This document shows positions 9,706-20,814 of a stretch of DNA of 64,000 nucleotides, one piece after another. Source of the DNA: Candidatus Bathyarchaeota archaeon (lineage in GTDB: Archaea > Thermoproteota > Bathyarchaeia > Bathyarchaeales > Bathycorpusculaceae); NCBI GenBank assembly GCA_963775685.1, contig CAVZJV010000014.1, positions 2,336,001-2,400,000 of the forward strand, in the 5' to 3' direction. The notes under the pieces are model-generated. The model was not told the origin of the DNA and did not search any database. It saw only the letters and a program-made list of their open reading frames with translations. A program made the position numbers and the translations under genes. Each line of letters begins with the position of its first letter. Position 1 is the first letter of the stretch.

Positions 9706-10872
9706 ATGAAAATCGCCATAATTAATGACCATTTCTCCGACGGACCTGGAGGACAACACAGAATTCAAAATCTTTCAATAGGTTTGAAACGCTTAGGTCA
9801 TAAAGTGACTTACATAAGTCCTCAGGGCACCTCAGACAAAATATCTTCATTATACGTTGAGAGAGACTTTTCTCGAGGAAATTCGTCTAGCTTTCTTATT
9901 AAGGACTATTTTAACGATTTTTTCAAAATCTTCACTAATCTTCAGACAATTCGTGACACTCCTGATCTTGTGATAATTGAGCTGCCAAATACTATGTTAA
10001 AAGCAGTTAATGGTCTATTCATGAATGATGTTAATGTAGCTTTTGATTTCGCAGGTTTATGGACAAGCACCTTCGACAAAAACAAAACTTTTCAAGGATC
10101 TGGAAAAGCTGTCTCTTCTTTCCGATTTTTATCGCAACTCTTTGAAGATTCACTGAGTCTCATTACTTCAAGATCTCCCGATGTTATAACAGTCGCTACT
10201 ACACCGATGAAAAATTTTCTTGAGCATTCTATTGTGAGAAGAACGCATTTAATTTATCACCCAGTTGATCTACATTGTAGTTTCAATCCGAATTTGCTAA
10301 ACCCCAAAATATATGCACATCTTCTTCCTGAAAGATTTAGCGGCAAAACATTGATATTGCTAGGAGTAAAGGGAGATAAATGGTTTTTTGACGACTTCTG
10401 TAGGCTCATTAATAAAGTTAAGTCGCTAAATGTTGCCTTTGTTATTTTAGGATCTTTTCCGGTCACACAAAATCTTGTTTCTAAAAAAGGTCTTGATGAA
10501 TACGTATATTTTGTCGGAAATGTTCCTTACGAAACGATTCCTTACTATGCAAACTCATGTAGCTTTGCATTGGTTTTAACGCCACCTCAAATCAACCAAA
10601 TCTGGTATTCGCCACATAATATCAGCAAGATTGCCGAATTTTTAGCACTAGGGAAACCCGTGATCACGGACACATTAGGCGCGGTTGACTATGTCATAGA
10701 AAATGAAACAGGTTTTTTTGTTAAATCACACAATGATGCAGTAGATAGAATAAACATACTTGTTAAGAATCCTGATATTCTATTAAGAATGAGTAGTTGC
10801 GCCAGAAAGTTTGCACTTGAGAGACTAGATTGCGAAAAAGTTGCCCAAGAATACATTCAATTAATGAATTGA
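9706..10872 (+). CDS. GT4 glycosyltransferase
   Basis: GGQHRI N-terminal motif and KIAEFLALGKPVI C-terminal motif. Confidence 0.85.
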   Translation: MKIAIINDHFSDGPGGQHRIQNLSIGLKRLGHKVTYISPQGTSDKISSLYVERDFSRGNSSSFLIKDYFNDFFKIFTNLQTIRDTPDLVIIELPNTMLKAVNGLFMNDVNVAFDFAGLWTSTFDKNKTFQGSGKAVSSFRFLSQLFEDSLSLITSRSPDVITVATTPMKNFLEHSIVRRTHLIYHPVDLHCSFNPNLLNPKIYAHLLPERFSGKTLILLGVKGDKWFFDDFCRLINKVKSLNVAFVILGSFPVTQNLVSKKGLDEYVYFVGNVPYETIPYYANSCSFALVLTPPQINQIWYSPHNISKIAEFLALGKPVITDTLGAVDYVIENETGFFVKSHNDAVDRINILVKNPDILLRMSSCARKFALERLDCEKVAQEYIQLMN

Positions 10873-10882
10873 TGATTTAACT

Positions 10883-13813
10883 ATGGTCTGGTTTAGCTTC
10901 ATAAAATCAAGAGCAAGAATTGAATTAATATTGCCTTGCGTTGTTGCGATAGTACTTCCCCTGATAACTTATTGGCAAATTCTGCATTTTATTACTTTTT
11001 CACAGCCAGGTCTACCTTTCTGGGATTACATTAATTCTGGACCAGCAGTTTCTCAAAGTCCCCAAGCCGGTTCATATCCTGTTAATTTTTATTGGATATT
11101 TTGGATTGCAACTTCTGCCCTTAATCTAAATGTACTTTCCATTAATGTTCTGCCAAAGTTGATGCTTGGCTTCATTTCTCTATTGTCTTCTTATATTTAC
11201 TTTAGATTCCTAATTCTCAAAAGTTTCCCTACAAAGAGAGAAAAAGATACTGCCATCGTTTTTGGCTCCTTAGCTGGCTCAATCATTTACTTCTTTGGCA
11301 TATCTTCTTTCGATGCGTGGGCAGGAATAACGAGTGTATACTCTTTATTGCCTTTGTTTGGCTTGTTAGTTCTTTTTGGGTATGCAGGATCTATAAAACG
11401 TAGATTATTCTTTATGTTCTCTTCAGCATTCATTTGGGTTTTAGAAATAGCTTTATACCCACTAGCAATAATAACATACCTTCTCCCACTTTTGATCAAT
11501 TTTTTAGTTATTTTTAAAGATCAGAAAAAAAAGCTAATGCCCTTTTTGTATGTCTCATTCATATTCATTTTCATGTTGGTTTTAGGGTATCCAGTGATCA
11601 GTAGCTATTTCCACAGTAATGTCATAAACCCTGAAGTTTTTTCTTTACCACAACTTGGACGAAAGGGGTTATTGAATAGCGGAAACACCATTTCAAACCT
11701 ATTAGTGGCTCTGCCAGACCCTTGGCTAAATTTATTTGTAATAAATTCACATTCAATTCTGTATTCTTTCGAACTTATCATTCCAATTTTAGCGTTCGCT
11801 TATTTGCTGTTCCTTGGGAGAAAAGGGCTCAATCGAACCGTCGGGCTTGCGTTAACAGCGATTGCTATATTAACCGTATGTTTGTATACGATTAGTTTTC
11901 CGAATTCCCAAGGGCAGCCTCTTCTAATTGTTTTAGGACAACATCTTCCAGGACCTTTTAGTACAGTGGTTGTAGATCTTCTGGGCGAATTCAGAGTTCC
12001 TGAGCAAATTTTGCCTGTGATATTTTCTATTTTAATTTCTTTTACTGTTTATTCGATATTACGTGCAACAAACAATTATCGAATAACCATTAACTTTGCT
12101 TCGAAAATAAGGCAAATAGAACTCAAGATTTTTTCAGTAATTCTTATTTTTCTCGCAATCTCTGCAATTGGCTTTAGCTCTTACACTCTCTATACTGGCT
12201 ACGGAGGAACAAGTATTAACGGGTTTTCTCCAGTCAATGATTCAGATATAGCAGTCACTAATTATATTTTAGATGTTCACCCCTCGGGTTCTGTAATTTG
12301 GGTTCCCAATCCTCCTCAATTTGAATTCCTTTTATATGGTGGTGGTAACCTTATCACGTATCCTTTTGGGAATGATGGACCATCAGCAACATGGTACTTA
12401 GACTACGTAATCAGTACAACGAATTCGTTGCTCACAAATGGAGAAATTGAAAATCTCGCGGTCTTTCTGTCTCAAATAGGTGTTGAATATGTTGCCATTA
12501 GCTCTGAAAGTAGCGTACGAGGATCAACTTTGCTTTCTACATTAGGTTTCACTCTAGTTTATCGCTCAGGTAATTCCTATCTCTTTTGCAATAACTATTA
12601 TGTTAAAAGCTGGACAAGCGACAATGTACTTTATGTCGCAGGAGGCCTCAATACATACAAACAAATGATTCCCTACCTAAGTATGGTTCAATACAATTAC
12701 ACCAATCCCGTGACTTTCTTCTTAGACAGGGAACCCCTGCCAAACATGCAGACCACAAATGGGGCTTATCTTTTTTCACAAACTTCAAATATTTATGACG
12801 TAGCGGTCCCCCTTATTCAAAACAGTACGATTATTGCTCCATCTCACTACGCCAGCCAAACTCAAGGTCCGCTACAAGGCTGGACTATAAATTCTGTTAC
12901 CGCTATCGGGTTAACAGATCGCCCTTGGGATAATTGGATTAGTGGTAATGCTTTATACGAATGGCAATATACTTACCAATTAAACTACGGTATTGCCTAC
13001 ACGAGCAGTGTAGCTCCATCTGTCTTGTCTATTCCAGTTAACGTACCAAATGACGATGAATACTATATTTTAGTTAGAACATATGCTAATCCAGATTCCA
13101 AAGGTTTGAATGTAACGATAAACGGCCAATCCTACGAACTCAATGATCACCCGACCGCAATAAGCGGATTTACTTGGAATGCTATATCTGTGAGCTTGCG
13201 TCAAGGCTCCAGCAACCTTACCATAACCTCATTTGGAGGACTCGCAGCTGTTAATTTGATAGAGGTCGTTAATCAGAGCTCGTTAATCCTAGCATTGAGC
13301 CAAGCAAGGGCGCTCTTAAACGACACCCATCAATTTAGCATTCTTAATTTAGCAAATTGTTCGGATTCCACTCTTACTTTCTCTTTAGTTTCTGCTGGAA
13401 ATTACTCAATTTATGTCCAAAAACAAGATCCTGGTTTTCTGGATTTAAACTTTGAATCAAGCAGCGGACAACTTCTTGCTCAGTGGAACGGTAATGGCAC
13501 AGGTGTCTTCAAGATCGGTTCAGCTGACTTCCAAAATAAATTCTCTCTTTTGACTGATTCAAACAAAGTTTTGAACAATACTTCGATTCTTCTATGCAAA
13601 TCAGTCGAAATCGTTTCCTCCCATAATTATACTGTTCTCGTAAATCCTATTCTGTTCCATTTCCCATACAAGAACGTAACATTTGGAAATTCTTCATTAC
13701 AAGCTTACCCAGCATATGGTATGTCAACGGCCTTTATATTGCCTGTAGAAACTGTTTTCTTAGGAAAAGTTAGTAGTCAACCTTTGCAAAGATATTTAAT
13801 ACCTCAAGATTAG
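10883..13813 (+). CDS. Large membrane protein, GT-C-like, with extracellular CBM-like beta-sandwich
   Basis: About 11 TM helices in the first 440 aa, LSQIGVEYV motif, jelly-roll-like segment IPVNVPNDDEYYILVR..LRQGSSNLTI..AAVNLIEV. Confidence 0.55.
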   Translation: MVWFSFIKSRARIELILPCVVAIVLPLITYWQILHFITFSQPGLPFWDYINSGPAVSQSPQAGSYPVNFYWIFWIATSALNLNVLSINVLPKLMLGFISLLSSYIYFRFLILKSFPTKREKDTAIVFGSLAGSIIYFFGISSFDAWAGITSVYSLLPLFGLLVLFGYAGSIKRRLFFMFSSAFIWVLEIALYPLAIITYLLPLLINFLVIFKDQKKKLMPFLYVSFIFIFMLVLGYPVISSYFHSNVINPEVFSLPQLGRKGLLNSGNTISNLLVALPDPWLNLFVINSHSILYSFELIIPILAFAYLLFLGRKGLNRTVGLALTAIAILTVCLYTISFPNSQGQPLLIVLGQHLPGPFSTVVVDLLGEFRVPEQILPVIFSILISFTVYSILRATNNYRITINFASKIRQIELKIFSVILIFLAISAIGFSSYTLYTGYGGTSINGFSPVNDSDIAVTNYILDVHPSGSVIWVPNPPQFEFLLYGGGNLITYPFGNDGPSATWYLDYVISTTNSLLTNGEIENLAVFLSQIGVEYVAISSESSVRGSTLLSTLGFTLVYRSGNSYLFCNNYYVKSWTSDNVLYVAGGLNTYKQMIPYLSMVQYNYTNPVTFFLDREPLPNMQTTNGAYLFSQTSNIYDVAVPLIQNSTIIAPSHYASQTQGPLQGWTINSVTAIGLTDRPWDNWISGNALYEWQYTYQLNYGIAYTSSVAPSVLSIPVNVPNDDEYYILVRTYANPDSKGLNVTINGQSYELNDHPTAISGFTWNAISVSLRQGSSNLTITSFGGLAAVNLIEVVNQSSLILALSQARALLNDTHQFSILNLANCSDSTLTFSLVSAGNYSIYVQKQDPGFLDLNFESSSGQLLAQWNGNGTGVFKIGSADFQNKFSLLTDSNKVLNNTSILLCKSVEIVSSHNYTVLVNPILFHFPYKNVTFGNSSLQAYPAYGMSTAFILPVETVFLGKVSSQPLQRYLIPQD

Positions 13814-13937
13814 AAACTTCTGAACTGAATTCTTTGATCCAGAAAGCGTTTCTCTTTTTTTAAAGACAATTAATGAGCGTTAGCACTTAACTTGAATATA
13901 GTAAGCCTATCAAAATTATTTAAAATTTCTTATAAAT

Positions 13938-14894
13938 CTATTCAGATAGCTCTCGAGCTTTTATTAAAACAAAATTGCCCGAAGAAGATTTTAGCCAAGC
14001 TGCAATCGTAGGCAAATCATTTTTTAGATTTAGTGCCTTTTTTTGACTAAAATTATAAATGGACGTAAATTTCACATCTTTAAAAAGCTGTACTAATTCG
14101 CCCACATTTCCGCCATTTTGCTCAATCATTTCAGGAACAATTTCGATAAATAATACAGGATTATTAATGGCCAAAAATTTCTTCATTCCATTTAAAACTT
14201 TTAGTTCTGCTCCCTCAACATCAACCTTGATTACGTTCACATTAGATATTTCTTCTATTCTGTTAAAATAGTCAAAGGCAAAAAACTTGGCTTTGATTCT
14301 CCTATTTTTAGTTTTCTGTCCTTTAACAAGTGCTGTGAAATTTTTTTCGCCGATGGTCGACTCCCCAAAGTTTCCTTCAGGTATAACCATCGGCAAAACC
14401 TCCTCTCTGTCAGATAAGCCGAAATTGAATGTCTTAACATTTCTGGTGTCGTTAATTTCCAGGTTGCGCTCAAGACGCTTATAGTTCCTTTCAACGGGTT
14501 CAAAAGCATAAACTTTTCCTTCACTACCAACTTTCTTTGCTGCAATAAGTGTGAAATATCCCACATTTGCACCAATGTCCAAGACTATGTCCCCTGAATT
14601 TATTGTTGAATAAAAGAGGTCAACGTATTCTTTTTCAAAAGTCCCAAGGGCAATTTCGCGTTCTACGAAATCAGTATAATTAACACATATCCGAAATCCA
14701 AAATGTGTATTTAGTTCTATATCTTCCGAAATTGTCGACAAAGTCTCTTTGTAAAAACCTTCGTATGTTTTTGAAAATCTACTAAAAAATCTCTTAAATC
14801 TTCTTGGCAAATAACTGGGGCCTTTTGTCATTATTTTTATTACTATTGCTCGTGCAAGAAGCATCCTCATAAGACGTCGTATGTTATTCTCCAC
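13938..14894 (-). CDS. FkbM-family SAM-dependent methyltransferase
   Basis: LDIGANVGYF, YAFEP and IKVDVEGAE motifs. Confidence 0.93.
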   Translation of the reverse strand: MENNIRRLMRMLLARAIVIKIMTKGPSYLPRRFKRFFSRFSKTYEGFYKETLSTISEDIELNTHFGFRICVNYTDFVEREIALGTFEKEYVDLFYSTINSGDIVLDIGANVGYFTLIAAKKVGSEGKVYAFEPVERNYKRLERNLEINDTRNVKTFNFGLSDREEVLPMVIPEGNFGESTIGEKNFTALVKGQKTKNRRIKAKFFAFDYFNRIEEISNVNVIKVDVEGAELKVLNGMKKFLAINNPVLFIEIVPEMIEQNGGNVGELVQLFKDVKFTSIYNFSQKKALNLKNDLPTIAAWLKSSSGNFVLIKARELSE

Positions 14895-15101
14895 CCTAAA
14901 TCTCCTAAATGTTTTATTATATCAAAAGTAATTTATATAAACTTCACATTACCATTTTTCTGAGGTTTTCTCAAATTCAGTTTTTCGATGGATTTCTTTA
15001 GTTTAGACACAGTTAAGAACCTAAATTGTTACAAATCTTTAAAAACAACATATTCATCCTCTTTTAAAACAACGCGGAAATGGTCTGGAAAAGGAACTCC
15101 A

Positions 15102-16283
15102 ATGAGGGTATTAATCTTCAGCAAGTTTAATCCATACCCTCCAACATCCGGTGGGTCTATTCGTATGTGGACATTGGCAAAATCTCTCATTACAAGAGGC
15201 ATTGAGGTCAAATTCGTTACACCGGTCTTAAAATCGCCGAAGAATATGGTATTCGAGGGCATTCCAGTTTATGAAATCAGAATATCGATGGTCTATGTAC
15301 TTTTTGGGTTTATTTTTCGTAAAGTTTTTCCATGGAGGATTGGGTGGCTATTTCATTATCTATTCATGGTAAAATACTTCGAAAAGAACTTGGTTAAGAA
15401 AGTAGAAAATCTTGCTGAAGATTCGAATATAATTCAATGTGAATTCACTTGGCTTTATCGTATTCCAGCAATCGTATCAAGAAGAAGAAATTTGCCATTC
15501 ATCCTTACCTTTCATGATATCAACTCTGATTTTTTATCAAATTATATGGACCCCCGAGATTTTTTTTCCAAGTTTTTGATTCGCAAGATCCTTGAGTCAG
15601 AAATTACTGCTTATAATACTGCAAATGCTTTGGTTTCCTTTACAAAACAAGATTTCGATGAATTAGTTACTATGGGGATACCTCAAAACAAAATAAAAAT
15701 AATCTCACATGAAATTTCAAAAGTTCCCATTACTTCTACTTCGTCAACCGTTAGACCTATTGTTCTTTTTGTAGGTTCTGGGCATCCGCCAAATGTTACG
15801 GCAGCGGAAATTATTATTAGCCAAATTGCACCGAAGGTTCCAGAGGCAGATTTTTTTATTGTTGGAAATGTTGGTAATTTCATAACGCGTCTTAAAAAAC
15901 CCCTGAATGTTTTGGTCACAGGTTTTTTATCAGAGAAAGAATTGATCGACATTTATAGAAAAGCTGCTTTAGGAATCGTGCCTTTGCTATGTGGAGCTGG
16001 CATGAGCGTAAAGACTTTAGAGTTTTTATCTATTGGCTTACCTGTCCTTACTACTTCTATTGGGGCAAGAGGTTTATCACAAGATTGCAGTAAATCAAGT
16101 GCATTGTTCATCAACGATAACCCTTCTGAGTACTCTGAAAGAATAAAAGAACTGATTAAAAATCCAAAATTACGAGAGCGTCTTTCAGAGGAGGCTAAAC
16201 GTATTTACAGAAACTCCTCCTCAGACATAGGTCTTGAATACTTATCACTTTACAAGAAGTTAGCTAAGGAGTCAAATCACTAA
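15102..16283 (+). CDS. GT4 glycosyltransferase
   Basis: MRVLI..PYPPTSGGSIR, FVGSGHPPN and KTLEFLSIGLP motifs; ATG 15102 preferred over 14988. Confidence 0.9.
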   Translation: MRVLIFSKFNPYPPTSGGSIRMWTLAKSLITRGIEVKFVTPVLKSPKNMVFEGIPVYEIRISMVYVLFGFIFRKVFPWRIGWLFHYLFMVKYFEKNLVKKVENLAEDSNIIQCEFTWLYRIPAIVSRRRNLPFILTFHDINSDFLSNYMDPRDFFSKFLIRKILESEITAYNTANALVSFTKQDFDELVTMGIPQNKIKIISHEISKVPITSTSSTVRPIVLFVGSGHPPNVTAAEIIISQIAPKVPEADFFIVGNVGNFITRLKKPLNVLVTGFLSEKELIDIYRKAALGIVPLLCGAGMSVKTLEFLSIGLPVLTTSIGARGLSQDCSKSSALFINDNPSEYSERIKELIKNPKLRERLSEEAKRIYRNSSSDIGLEYLSLYKKLAKESNH

Positions 16284-16436
16284 ATTTTCATCTTTCAGGC
16301 AATTGCTAAAGCTATTCTCATACTAGGCGAAATTCGGTATTTGCTTTGTTCATCTTCTGAATTTAAAATACTAACGCTAAACAAAATTTGCAATAAGTTT
16401 ATTTCGCCTGATCAGATATAATTTGGCGAACTATAC

Positions 16437-16994
16437 ATGGTTACGCCAAAACTGAAACCTTTTCGTAACTTTGCCTATTGGTTTGCAATATTGCTGGCAA
16501 ATTGGACTGGACACATAGGTATACATAGAGTTAGACATTATTGTTACCGACATTTCTATAAAATACAAATTCCATCCGATTCTGTGTTGTATTGTGGATG
16601 CCGTTTCTTCGACCCTTGGGGGATAAGCATTGGAAATAATTCAATTGTGGGTGATCACGCTTTTCTAGACGGTCGTCGCAAAATAAAAATTGGAAACAAT
16701 GTAAATATTGCTCAAGAAGTGAGGATTTTTACTCTCGAACACGATATAACAAGCCCAACTTTCGCAGCAGTAGGTGACATGGTAAATATTGAAGATTGGG
16801 TCTACATCGGAAATAGAGTGACAATTTTGCCAGGAGTTACAATTGGGGAAGGTGCGGTGGTGGCTTCAGGGGCTGTAGTAACAAAGGATGTTTCTCCATG
16901 GACAATGGTTGGGGGAGTCCCTGCCAGGTTCATAAAGGGCAGACCTGTTGTAAAATATACATTAGACACAAGAAACAAAGGGTTATTTCATTAA
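16437..16994 (+). CDS. Left-handed beta-helix O-acetyltransferase
   Basis: Hexapeptide repeats, LPGVTIGEGAVVASGAVVTKDV and GGVPAR. Confidence 0.92.
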   Translation: MVTPKLKPFRNFAYWFAILLANWTGHIGIHRVRHYCYRHFYKIQIPSDSVLYCGCRFFDPWGISIGNNSIVGDHAFLDGRRKIKIGNNVNIAQEVRIFTLEHDITSPTFAAVGDMVNIEDWVYIGNRVTILPGVTIGEGAVVASGAVVTKDVSPWTMVGGVPARFIKGRPVVKYTLDTRNKGLFH

Positions 16995-17376
16995 GCTTTG
17001 ACCCCAACATTACACGCTTTTTGGTGTTTTTTTTACATCTAAAACCATTTTACAATGATATATCTTTCTGCAATAAACGGGGACTCAATTCTTAATGTTA
17101 ATACATTTTTCCTATACCAATTTCCCCCATTTTTTTGGAGACTTCAATCATTAAATAACGCAACTATTTATTCTGAAATCTATCCTTTGGTAGATTAAAG
17201 TATGGCTACTCGTAATGGCGAAAGCGCATTTAGCTCGCCCAGCGGCATATCGTAGGTCAGATGGTGCGTTGTAACATTGGTGATTATACTTATACTAACT
17301 TTTGGCCATTGTCTCATAAAAGATTTAAAAGATGCCAGATGAATAAAGTCATATAATCTGTGGTCAAAAATATGGC

Positions 17377-18402
17377 TTGAGGACTAAAATGCAGAAAGGT
17401 TGCGTTCTTAATAATCCGATTCAAGAGTCTTCGCCGAGTCAAAATGTGATGGTGTCAATAATAATTTCAAATTATAATGGCGAGCAACATCTGCATGAGT
17501 GTCTTTCTTCACTTATGCAGTTGGACTATTCACACTATGAAGTTATAGTCGTTGACGCAGCATCAAGTGATAATTCCATAGCGATCGTAGAGCGCGATTT
17601 TCCAAGAGTTCGTCTTATCAAAAAAGGCAAAATAGGCATTGGTGAAGCATTAAACTGTGGTATGCTGTCTGCCAAGGGTGAATTAATAATCTTTGACTTG
17701 AACAACGACGACATTGTTGACAAAAAATGGTTAATCCGCTTGGTAAACGCTCTCACAGACTCACCTAATGTAGGAGTTGTTTGCGGAAAGAGATTCAAGT
17801 ATAGAAGCAACAGAGTATTAGATTCAGCAGGAGGCTGCATAAGCTTTTTAACAGGAAACAGCGCGCAAAGGGGTCACAATGAGCTCGATTTGGACCAGTA
17901 CAATGTTCAAAAAGAAATCGACTACGCTGAAGTTATTGCAATAAGGAAATCAACATTGGAGAAAGTCGGCTTATGCGATCCTGTTTATTATATATATTAT
18001 GAAGATACTGATTTTTGTTTACGTGTTAAACGATTTGGATACAAAATAGTTTTTGTTCCCTCTGCCATTCTTTGGCATAAAGGAAGCAGTACTGTCGGTC
18101 AGCAGAGCAAAATGAGTTACTATTATCTGTACAGAAATCAAATCCGGTGTATTCTGAAAAATTATCCTTTGCGATATCTTGTCTCGGCTTTAACTAACAT
18201 TTTATTCATACAGAATCTTCTCGAAATTCGTTTGCTAGTTCCCCCAATTGGAAAAACAGCTTCAAAGGTTATCCCATTTTTAAAGAAGTACGAATACGGT
18301 AAGGATGACTTAATGTTGATCAAGGTTAGAACAGCAGCGATCGTATGGAATTTTAAGAATCTTAAGAATACAGTTATAGCCCGATATCAAGCTTTGTGTT
18401 AA
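17377..18402 (+). CDS. GT2 glycosyltransferase
   Basis: NYNG, VDAASSD, LNNDD, YYEDTDFC and WHKGS motifs; true start may be 17389 or later. Confidence 0.92.
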   Translation: MRTKMQKGCVLNNPIQESSPSQNVMVSIIISNYNGEQHLHECLSSLMQLDYSHYEVIVVDAASSDNSIAIVERDFPRVRLIKKGKIGIGEALNCGMLSAKGELIIFDLNNDDIVDKKWLIRLVNALTDSPNVGVVCGKRFKYRSNRVLDSAGGCISFLTGNSAQRGHNELDLDQYNVQKEIDYAEVIAIRKSTLEKVGLCDPVYYIYYEDTDFCLRVKRFGYKIVFVPSAILWHKGSSTVGQQSKMSYYYLYRNQIRCILKNYPLRYLVSALTNILFIQNLLEIRLLVPPIGKTASKVIPFLKKYEYGKDDLMLIKVRTAAIVWNFKNLKNTVIARYQALC

Positions 18403-18673
18403 GTGGCTAATTCATCATGGCACTTTTTTCCAAAAGATTTTCTGTTAATTGGTATTTTGGGTCTCCGAAAAACTTTAGTTAATGCTTGTAAAATAAATAA
18501 TGGGTATGTTGTGGTGTGTACATCTCGTTTTCATCATTCGTAAATGAGTAAATTGACTTTGCTGGGTTCTTTTCTTAACCTTGAAAAACTTCTGGGCATA
18601 TTTTTTGTGCTATTTATAGAAATTTTAAAAAGTGACGACCTTTTACATTAGCTTCAAGTCTAATGGTGAAACA

Positions 18674-19636
18674 ATGAGACGAATCCTCGTAACAGGTGGA
18701 GGCGGCTTCATAGGCAGCCATCTTTCAAGAGTGCTTCTAAAACAAGGCAACTTCGTTAGAGTCGCGGACATAAAATTCGATGATTACATCAAAGAAGAAT
18801 ACTGCTCTGAAAAGCTTACTTTGGATCTCCGTATTAGGGAAAATTGCCTTCAAGTAACCAAAGGAATTGACCTTGTGTACAATTTAGCTGCAAACATGGG
18901 TGGAATAGGCTTCATAACAGAAGTAGGTGCCGAAGTAATGCATGACAACACTCTCATAAATACGTTCATGCTTGAAGCTGCAAGACAAAATAAAATCGAA
19001 CGCTATCTGTACACAAGTTCTGCTTGTGTTTATCCAACCTATCGCCAAACTGATCCACATATAAAAGGTCTGCGAGAAGAAGACGCTTACCCTGCTGACC
19101 CAGACAATTTTTATGGCTGGGAAAAACTTTACACTGAGAAAATGTGTGAAGCATACCAACGTGACTATAAAATGGACATTCGTATGCTACGCTATCATAA
19201 TATCTACGGGCCAGAGGGAACCTACAAGGGTGGACGAGAAAAATCTCCTGCGGCTATATGTAGAAAAATAGCTGCGGCTTCAAATCCTGGAACCATTAAT
19301 GTATGGGGCGACGGAAAACAGACTCGTTCATACTGCTACGTTGACGATGCTGTAAAGGGAACAATAACTCTGATGGAATCAGATTACGATAAACCTCTAA
19401 ACATAGGGTCAGACAGACTCGTAAGCATAAACGAACTCGCTGATATTGTTGCTGAGATTGCTAGAAAGAAAATATCCAAAACTTATGACTTGTCCGCACC
19501 ACAAGGGGTACGTGGTAGAAATGCTGACTTAACGCTTGTTAAGAAAGTATTGAATTGGCAACCTCAGGTAACACTCGAAGAAGGATTGGCAAAAACCTAC
19601 CATTGGATTCAAGAACAGCTCTCAATTGACAAATAA
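18674..19636 (+). CDS. GDP-mannose 3',5'-epimerase-like extended SDR
   Basis: GGGGFIG, NLAANMGGIGFI, SSACVYP, YGWEK, GGREKSPAAICRK and GVRGRN motifs of the GME subfamily. Confidence 0.85.
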   Translation: MRRILVTGGGGFIGSHLSRVLLKQGNFVRVADIKFDDYIKEEYCSEKLTLDLRIRENCLQVTKGIDLVYNLAANMGGIGFITEVGAEVMHDNTLINTFMLEAARQNKIERYLYTSSACVYPTYRQTDPHIKGLREEDAYPADPDNFYGWEKLYTEKMCEAYQRDYKMDIRMLRYHNIYGPEGTYKGGREKSPAAICRKIAAASNPGTINVWGDGKQTRSYCYVDDAVKGTITLMESDYDKPLNIGSDRLVSINELADIVAEIARKKISKTYDLSAPQGVRGRNADLTLVKKVLNWQPQVTLEEGLAKTYHWIQEQLSIDK

Positions 19637-19803
19637 AATTTCTTATTTTGTTTTCGAATAATTGAAAAGTAGCGGACATGGGCATATTTTTTGGGTGGCG
19701 TATATGCTTTCTTTCAATTCGCCTTAGTCGTTGATTGCTTATACTTTGTTCTGTCTCTTATTAGCGCGTTGTCTCAAAGACAATTGAAAACATCGATTTA
19801 GGG

Positions 19804-20814
19804 TCATGTTTCTTGAGAGAACCAGGTTATTGTTCTTTTTAGCCCTTCTTCAAAGCATACGTTTGGCTTCCAACCGACAAGGTTTTCCAGTTTGGTAGTG
19901 TCTGGACAGCGTCTTTTTGGGTCATCCTTTGGCAATGGGTGAAAGGTCACTTCTGAATTGCATTTTGTTATCTCTTTAATTATTATTGCTATCTCAAGGA
20001 TGGTCTTTTCTTGGTCGTTTCCTATGTTTACAACTTCTCCATTTGCTTTTGGAATGGAGGTTAGCAGCACTATTCCCGTTATTGTATCGGTGATGTAGCA
20101 GAATGATCGTGTTTGTTTTCCGTCGCCGTAGACGGTTATGGGTTGGTTGGTTATTGCTTGTTGGATAAAGCGGGATATTACTCTGCCATACAGTCCGTCT
20201 TCTCTTAGGCGCGGACCGTAGGAGTTGAAAATTCTTGGTATCCTTACATCTAACCCATATTGTTTGTTGTATGCCATTAGTAGGGCTTCAGCGAAGCGTT
20301 TTCCCTCGTCATAGCATGATCGGGGGCCGATGGGGTTGACTTTTCCCCAATAGGTTTCAGGAGTTGGAATTATCTCTGTGTCGCCATAGGTTTCTGATGT
20401 TGAAGCAAACAGTAATGTTGCGTCGTTTTTTCTTGCCAACTCGGCCATTGCAAAAGTGCCTAATGCGCTTGTTTGAAGTGTTTCGATTGGGTGAGCTTGG
20501 TACTCGTCGGGTGATGCGTGTCCGGCCATGTGAAGGATGAAATCGAATTTTTCATTGCTTTGGAATTTGCAGACGTCTGATTTGATAAATTTGAAATTTG
20601 GATTCTTGATTAAATGGTCGATGTTGTTAAGTCTGCCAGTTGATAAGTCATCTAAAGCTGTTACGTCTGAGCCAAAATCAACGAGGAGATCGCATAGCCA
20701 ACTGCCAATAAAGCCTACGCCGCCTGTCACAAGCACCTTCTTTCCGTTGAAAGCGTGAGCTCTAACAGCGCTTTTTACTGTTTCGATGTCTCGGCTGATT
20801 AGGGCATCAATCAC
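19804..20814 (-). CDS. UDP-glucuronate decarboxylase (UDP-xylose synthase)
   Basis: ASTSETYGD, YWGKVNPIGPRSCYDEGKR and DDPKRRCPD motifs. Confidence 0.9.
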   Translation of the reverse strand: MIDALISRDIETVKSAVRAHAFNGKKVLVTGGVGFIGSWLCDLLVDFGSDVTALDDLSTGRLNNIDHLIKNPNFKFIKSDVCKFQSNEKFDFILHMAGHASPDEYQAHPIETLQTSALGTFAMAELARKNDATLLFASTSETYGDTEIIPTPETYWGKVNPIGPRSCYDEGKRFAEALLMAYNKQYGLDVRIPRIFNSYGPRLREDGLYGRVISRFIQQAITNQPITVYGDGKQTRSFCYITDTITGIVLLTSIPKANGEVVNIGNDQEKTILEIAIIIKEITKCNSEVTFHPLPKDDPKRRCPDTTKLENLVGWKPNVCFEEGLKRTITWFSQET

